The notes below the pieces were generated by a model. The model was not told the DNA's origin. It worked only from the letters and a program-made list of their open reading frames with translations, and made no database searches. A stretch of DNA of 64,000 nt from a virus (lineage: Duplodnaviria > Caudoviricetes), in IMG/VR virus record IMGVR_UViG_3300014204_000111, positions 156,862 to 220,861 of that record. One strand, 5' to 3'. Shown piece after piece: positions 59,140 through 64,000 of the stretch (position 1 is the first letter of the stretch; the number at the start of each line of letters is the position of its first letter). Both the position numbers and the translations under genes were made by a program.

Positions 59140-60498
59140 ATGAATAAATATATCACCGCTGAAGAGTTATTGCGCGCAACTGAAAAGAAAGTAGAAGATA
59201 AATTTGCTGCGGCTGCTCAATCTTGCTTTCCTCGCAAAGTTACACTCCAAAAAGCTGTAGAGATTGAAAGAGATATTGTAGTTGATAATTCTATTGAAGA
59301 TGTTATTAATTTTACTCGCTCGATGGCATCTCCTCTATCAGAGGCAGATATGTTCCATTTCATCTCTTTTGGTTCTGATTCACAGAGAAAAGCTAACACT
59401 ATTGTATCCGCACAGGCTAATACATTTAGTCCTGAAGAAAGAAGAAAACAATTAGCTCTTCTTCTTGCTAAAGCAGACCAATATCCAGACCATATTAATT
59501 CTAGAGAACAGTTAATTCTTAAAGATATTAATAAAAATATTATAGAAATTCTCGAAGGTAATATGAATAGAACGAGCCTCAATTCTTTTGTTGATAAAGC
59601 CCAAAGATTCTTCACTGGTAAGGCTACTGCTGAAGATTTACAAGGTGAAACAATTAGATTTGCAGGCTCTTTTTCTAAGAGTATGGATTCTATGATGGAA
59701 CAAGTTTCAACTCTAACAGATGATGAAGCTGAATTTCTAAAGAGTGTTGTTTTGGAAGCTGCTGAAGATGCAGTCTGGGGGCCATATGGACATCTTTTGG
59801 CTGGAATTGACCTCCCAAAAGCCCCATTAGCCAATGATTTTGGCACAAATTCTTATGTTGGCCCTGTCGCTGGCGTTCAACGTCATCCTCAACAATGGCC
59901 TACTCAAAAAGAGAATCCTATGACTGATTCTATGGGGGTGCATGGTCTAATGATGCACGACTCTATAGTTGCTAATTCTCCTAAAATGGGAATGACTAAT
60001 CATATTAGTACAAAACCTAGTAATTCTCCAATTGGTAATCAACCTACTCAGTATTTTAACACTCCTCTTGGTGCAGGTGGAGATAAGTCTTTTAATGCTA
60101 CAGACCCAGCAATGATTGATAGTATGAATCAAGCAGGTGGTTATCCTGGTGCTCAAGCTGTTGACCAAGCTGCTCATCCTATTACACAAGAAGGAATGGG
60201 ACATGGTGGAGAACCTCCTAGAGTTGGTTCTTTTGGTTTTAATGGTGCAGGTGGAGACGAAGATGATTTAGGTGGACAAGCGGAGCAAATTTTTGCTCAA
60301 TTAGATGCCCTAACTCAAGCACAACATGGTGGAGAAGCTTCAATGGCTTCTGAAAGCGGAATGGGAACTGTAACAGGTTCTTTTGGACATGATGGAGATA
60401 AACATTGCGGAGATAAGTTTTCAATGTATAAATCTCTTCTTTTGGAGGATGAGCAAAGCTCCCCTTTTCCAAGGGAATTGGTAGAAACGAAGAAGTAG
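59140..60498 (+). CDS. Probable head-internal, protease-processed protein; short product of a -1 frameshifted gene
   Basis: Many hydrophobic-x-K-[SA] motifs (LQKA, LAKA, FSKS, FLKS, MYKS); G/P/Q/M low-complexity C-half with HGG motifs. Confidence 0.7.
   Translation: MNKYITAEELLRATEKKVEDKFAAAAQSCFPRKVTLQKAVEIERDIVVDNSIEDVINFTRSMASPLSEADMFHFISFGSDSQRKANTIVSAQANTFSPEERRKQLALLLAKADQYPDHINSREQLILKDINKNIIEILEGNMNRTSLNSFVDKAQRFFTGKATAEDLQGETIRFAGSFSKSMDSMMEQVSTLTDDEAEFLKSVVLEAAEDAVWGPYGHLLAGIDLPKAPLANDFGTNSYVGPVAGVQRHPQQWPTQKENPMTDSMGVHGLMMHDSIVANSPKMGMTNHISTKPSNSPIGNQPTQYFNTPLGAGGDKSFNATDPAMIDSMNQAGGYPGAQAVDQAAHPITQEGMGHGGEPPRVGSFGFNGAGGDEDDLGGQAEQIFAQLDALTQAQHGGEASMASESGMGTVTGSFGHDGDKHCGDKFSMYKSLLLEDEQSSPFPRELVETKK
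60444..60468 (+). other. Candidate programmed -1 frameshift signal: internal SD GGAGG plus slippery heptamer C CCT TTT
   Basis: GGAGG at 60444-60448, 13-nt spacer, in-frame X XXY YYZ heptamer at 60462-60468; the -1 frame is open to 61022. Confidence 0.7.
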
Positions 60499-61022
60499 GA
60501 TTATTACAACATGGTGGGCCAGACCCAGGCGAAGAAAATGAAGAGCATGGAGGAATTAGACCTAATATTAAAATGCCATTATCTCAACAATTAAGTCCAG
60601 AAGAAGAACAAGCTGTTTATAATCATCATACAAATATGATGAAAGTGCTAAGTGCAAATAATAAAAATGACCCTAATTCTTTGAATTATTTTGAAGGTAA
60701 ATTAAATGAATTGGCTAATCATCATGGTTCTGAGGTTGTTGGAGATGCATGGCAAGAAGGAAATTTACTTCCATTAATGAAGAGACACCCTACTTATATT
60801 CCCAATCTTTTAGCAGAAGTTAAGAGACAAAAAAGTCCTAGTCAACAACAATTGCCATTTGGTCATGGAGGAATTAAATTAGATAAAAATAATGGTTATT
60901 TATCTAACGGAAATTATAATCCACCTACACCAAAAGAAGAAAAGAAAGAAGAATTTAAACCACAACCAGAATTACCTGCTGATGTCAATATAAACAACTG
61001 GGATAAACCCAGAACTAAATAA
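60462..61022 (+). CDS. -1 frameshift extension of 59140..60498 (includes the supplied ORF 60573..61022)
   Basis: Reads PFSKGIGRNEEVGLLQHGGPDPGEENEEHGGIRPNIKMPLSQQL...; same motifs as the zero-frame part. ATG 60573 lacks a well-spaced SD. Confidence 0.68.
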   Translation, partial: PFSKGIGRNEEVGLLQHGGPDPGEENEEHGGIRPNIKMPLSQQLSPEEEQAVYNHHTNMMKVLSANNKNDPNSLNYFEGKLNELANHHGSEVVGDAWQEGNLLPLMKRHPTYIPNLLAEVKRQKSPSQQQLPFGHGGIKLDKNNGYLSNGNYNPPTPKEEKKEEFKPQPELPADVNINNWDKPRTK

Positions 61023-61050
61023 GCTACCCCATAACGTCCCTCCCTCCTTT

Positions 61051-61075
61051 TGCCGCCGTGATGGGCGGCATTTTT
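61051..61075 (+). terminator. Rho-independent terminator ending the + strand structural unit
   Basis: TGCCGCC-GTGATG-GGCGGCA-TTTTT. Confidence 0.85.
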
Positions 61076-61081
61076 GTAAAT

Positions 61082-61106
61082 AAAAAAGGCTCCATTTCTG
61101 GAGCCT
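61082..61106 (-). terminator. Rho-independent terminator ending the minus-strand operon
   Basis: AGGCTCCA-TTTC-TGGAGCCT preceded by an A run (U run on the minus strand). Confidence 0.85.
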
Positions 61107-61111
61107 CTTAT

Positions 61112-61321
61112 TTAGACCAACATATAGACGTTTGTTCCGTTTTTAAGAACCATCTTTACTAGACGATGATAAACAACGTCTACCTTTTCTGAGGTCTTTG
61201 CTGCAAGCATTTGAGCTGCTGCTCTCTTAATGCTTTTAGGATACATATTCTTGGCATCTGTTACTTTGACATAAAGCTTACCACGATTATTATCCCTACT
61301 GGTGATACGATAAATAGGCAT
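61112..61321 (-). CDS. Small basic hypothetical protein (69 aa)
   Basis: Strong RBS AGGAGGGTG; K/R-rich; followed by the terminator. Confidence 0.75.
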   Translation of the reverse strand: MPIYRITSRDNNRGKLYVKVTDAKNMYPKSIKRAAAQMLAAKTSEKVDVVYHRLVKMVLKNGTNVYMLV

Positions 61322-61362
61322 TACACCCTCCTACAAAATATAATATTATAAACAATTTATGG

Positions 61363-62334
61363 TTAAGACCATAATTTACTGTATTCTAAACAAAACTTAT
61401 CCCATACTCTTCTTATCGAATGTATGTCATTAATATCAGTAATTTGACGATTTAAACATATTTCATATAAAAACTTATAAACAGCTTCTTCATTGTAAGA
61501 TATATCTTCAAATAAATTTTGAGGTATACCTCCATAAACTTCTTTAACTACATTATGTCCCGTAAATATTCCCATACCTAATGAAATAGATGGAATTTTA
61601 TGAGCTAATGCTTCTAGTATAAAACTACTATTAACAGCAATAAGTGCAGTTGAATTTTTCATTAAGTAAAAATTTAATTGTTTATTTTGCTCGTCAGTTA
61701 TTCTTGGGTCTATATATGCTACGCGTGGCATTCCATTAAATAAACTTAACCCCATTCTTTGTTTTGGATGTTGTTTAACTATTAAAGTATGGTCTTTAGG
61801 TATAACATTAGCTATTTGACCTACTAATGTAGTAAAATCTTGCGCCCAATTAGGAGCATCAAACCTCATAACACTGTCTCTTGTATGCTGAATAGGAAAT
61901 AGAATATATGGAGGAGGTGGAAGAGGAATGTGCGCTATTGGTTCTGTTTGACAAAAATAATAACGAGCTAAAAATTCATCCAATTCTTTCTTTTGCTCTT
62001 CATTGATATTATCAAAATGTGCTTCTGGTATAGAAGATTTAGCACAATGTCCTTTGCAATCAATATTTAAAGATGTATAATGAGGTAAGAATCCATTTTC
62101 CATATATGCCATCGAAGGAGATGTTGGATGATGGTCATTACTTGCTTTTCTATGTGGCCCAGCCCAAACAAAGGTGAGTCTTTCACTAGGATTAGTTCGT
62201 GCTAATCTGGCTGTTTCATTTCCACGAAGATAATCCACTCTTGTTTTATATCCACATTTATTTAAATATGAAGCAAGAGCTGAAACAAAATCATTTGGTC
62301 TTGCAAAAACAATATCTTTAGGAACAGTTTTCAT
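61363..62334 (-). CDS. KpsS/KpsC-like (Capsule_synth, GT107-type) glycosyltransferase
   Basis: YMENGFLP..IDCKG..AKSS, YILFPIQ..RDS, LIVKQHP, IAVNSSFILEAL...P.ISLG..F match the family pattern. Confidence 0.78.
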   Translation of the reverse strand: MKTVPKDIVFARPNDFVSALASYLNKCGYKTRVDYLRGNETARLARTNPSERLTFVWAGPHRKASNDHHPTSPSMAYMENGFLPHYTSLNIDCKGHCAKSSIPEAHFDNINEEQKKELDEFLARYYFCQTEPIAHIPLPPPPYILFPIQHTRDSVMRFDAPNWAQDFTTLVGQIANVIPKDHTLIVKQHPKQRMGLSLFNGMPRVAYIDPRITDEQNKQLNFYLMKNSTALIAVNSSFILEALAHKIPSISLGMGIFTGHNVVKEVYGGIPQNLFEDISYNEEAVYKFLYEICLNRQITDINDIHSIRRVWDKFCLEYSKLWS

Positions 62335-62825
62335 TAAATTCTTGGCTCGTTTGCATGCATTCTAAGTAAACTTTGTGCAGCATTGGCAGTTCTAGTTAAA
62401 TTATAATAAGTATTTCTTAAATAATTCTTAAGATTACGAGATGTAGAAGTTACTGCTTCTAATTGGGCCATTGCCTTATCTCTTTCTCCTCTAACAATAT
62501 TAGGAAATGATTGATTGTAATCTTTTCTATATTCTGCATCAGCTTTAAGATAAAGAGTCATGACATATTGTGCATATCCAGATGCTTTAGTTAAGATTTC
62601 TTCTGCCATCTGAGGATTAAGAGCAACTCCAAACATAATCTTAACTATACTATCCATATCTTTTGTCCATTTCCAGCCAGCCGCATCAAACAATTCTATT
62701 CCCAACTGAATAGATACATTCATAGCATTAGAAGCTGTAATTTCTCCAAACATTTCTCTAAAAATATCTGGGGAAATATTCCCATCCTCAATTACTTCTG
62801 AGTGAATTTCATTATCTGTTAACAT
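62334..62825 (-). CDS. Helical hypothetical protein (163 aa)
   Basis: TAATG-coupled on both sides; no family recognised. Confidence 0.7.
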   Translation of the reverse strand: MLTDNEIHSEVIEDGNISPDIFREMFGEITASNAMNVSIQLGIELFDAAGWKWTKDMDSIVKIMFGVALNPQMAEEILTKASGYAQYVMTLYLKADAEYRKDYNQSFPNIVRGERDKAMAQLEAVTSTSRNLKNYLRNTYYNLTRTANAAQSLLRMHANEPRI

Positions 62826-63550
62826 TATTTATCCTTAATTATTTCGTTTAAATCTGCGTTAAGAGTACTTATATTAAAGCCTAGAGGAGATTTTCCTAAT
62901 GCATCAATCCAATCTGATGAAAAAGTAGTATAAGCTTCATCAGTATATTTTTTGTAAAAATTATAAGACATAGCTTTTATACTTCCCCAAGTTACCACAT
63001 ATATATATTTAGTATCATATCCTACTACACTTACGCAGTGACCATTATGTGAATTAGGTCTTTGAAGTGTTCTATTCCAAGAAATTTGAAGAGGATTTTT
63101 CATTACATAATTGGGCAAAGCTAACCCAATATATGCAGCACCAAAAAGATGGATAGCATGTTTTAGTTGGTCAATAGAGCCAGGTTTAAGCTGAGCAAAT
63201 GCTTCAATTTTATGGTTAGCTACTCCATTTTGTCTCCATAAATTAAGTACATCTAGCATTACTGCTCCAGCATCTTTTCCACCATTTACTTTTTTATAAG
63301 CATCTAAAATTTGTTTTTCAGTAGGTAGAAATATTTTATTAGTTGCAGTTGTCCTATCTAAAATAGTATGACCAACTGAAGCACATGTACAATTACCATA
63401 CCTATCATTACCAAAGATAGGCCATTGAATGACTTTTTTATAAATATCTATTACATCAGGAAATTGTGGAAGTAAGGGAGTTAAATAACTCCCAAACTTC
63501 AAGGTACGTTTATCTATTTTAGGTGGTAATTTACCTAATTGATAATTCAT
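62825..63550 (-). CDS. Papain-like (C1-related) cysteine peptidase
   Basis: GNDRYGNCTCAS (catalytic Cys), NGHCVSVVGYD (catalytic His), VTWG in place of NSWG. Confidence 0.8.
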   Translation of the reverse strand: MNYQLGKLPPKIDKRTLKFGSYLTPLLPQFPDVIDIYKKVIQWPIFGNDRYGNCTCASVGHTILDRTTATNKIFLPTEKQILDAYKKVNGGKDAGAVMLDVLNLWRQNGVANHKIEAFAQLKPGSIDQLKHAIHLFGAAYIGLALPNYVMKNPLQISWNRTLQRPNSHNGHCVSVVGYDTKYIYVVTWGSIKAMSYNFYKKYTDEAYTTFSSDWIDALGKSPLGFNISTLNADLNEIIKDK

Positions 63551-64000
63551 TTATGCATCCTTTATTTTATAGTATTCTTTTAAAGCTTTAGAACGAACAC
63601 TCCAAGGTTGTGTGGCTGATTTAAGAGACCTACCTTCTAAAAGAGCTTTCTTAATTAGCCAAGCACCATATCGAACTAAATCTTTATCATCTCCCCAGAC
63701 AAACTTATAAGTTTTAGTATTTTGTGAAGATAATTTTAAGGTGGTTTCGTTTGCTCTTTTACCACCAGTAAATCTACATTTATGATAGTCTTTTCTAACT
63801 TGAAGAAGACCTGTTGCCCAAGTTCTAAAACCTGACTCAAATCTTATAAAAGGAAGTAGGCATCTTTTAGGAAGTTGAAATTCTTCCTCAGTTTCGCATA
63901 CAATATTTGCAACATATTCTATGTAATCTGGACGAACCGCATTAGTTCTTTTATCAAACATTTCAGGTAGATTAGCGTCTATCTTACTAAAATGACCATA
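63551..64000 (-). CDS. Lytic transglycosylase (SLT)-like protein, N-terminus outside the window
   Basis: LLPFIRFESGF (catalytic Glu-Ser) and GLLQV motifs; the frame stays open from ATG 63961 to the window edge (YGHFSKIDANLPEM). Confidence 0.6.
   Translation of the reverse strand, partial: YGHFSKIDANLPEMFDKRTNAVRPDYIEYVANIVCETEEEFQLPKRCLLPFIRFESGFRTWATGLLQVRKDYHKCRFTGGKRANETTLKLSSQNTKTYKFVWGDDKDLVRYGAWLIKKALLEGRSLKSATQPWSVRSKALKEYYKIKDA

Noticed and set aside
59217-59846. 209 aa antisense ORF
   Set aside because: It lies wholly opposite a well-supported gene, has no recognisable motifs and fits the stop-poor mirror frame expected from codon bias.
5415-60472. Other short nested or antisense ORFs in the track (e.g. 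5415, 6292, 6450, 9749, 12672, 14747, 21847, 36931, 44163, 56977)
   Set aside because: They are shadow frames of longer genes. The Leu/Glu-rich ORF 36931..37188 is just the reverse complement of the poly-Ser tract.
1-64000. Stop-codon reassignment (TAG or TGA recoded), as in some large phages
   Set aside because: ORFs of 4550 and 2230 codons are intact in the standard code and coding density is already near complete. Reading through the TAG stops at 43687 and 60498 gives only short tails.
1-64000. tRNA, rRNA, CRISPR array, integrase or transposase
   Set aside because: None recognised; intergenic gaps are short and largely explained by promoters, RBSs and terminators.

Overview
AT-rich window (about 30% GC by eye) from the genome of a large, unclassified contractile-tailed dsDNA phage (myovirus morphotype). 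It holds most of the virion module on the + strand: putative head-internal proteins, an HK97-type prohead protease fused to a scaffold-like tail, the major capsid protein, neck genes, about 26 kb of giant or accessory structural genes (4550 aa and 2230 aa), tail terminator, sheath, tube, a frameshifting tail chaperone, baseplate genes and a probable holin. Two free-standing homing endonucleases (LAGLIDADG, HNH) and an inverted GMP reductase/IMPDH-family cassette interrupt the head module. A convergent minus-strand operon at the right end encodes a KpsS-like glycosyltransferase, a papain-like peptidase and an SLT-like protein. The best candidate for an undescribed system is a pair of unrelated-looking, low-complexity genes (179..2189 and 59140..61022). 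Each appears to be extended by a frameshift, each has a hydrophobic-x-K-[S/G] motif (a likely prohead protease site) immediately after the shift, and both carry repeated HGG motifs. This suggests recoding-controlled, protease-processed capsid cargo polyproteins. Also notable: a proline-rich, non-helical protein in the tape measure position, a GGG-TANNNT promoter motif with apparently leaderless starts, a probable ATT start codon, and an exact 93-bp repeat shared by two appendage genes. All protein calls come from motif recognition and synteny by eye; no searches were run.
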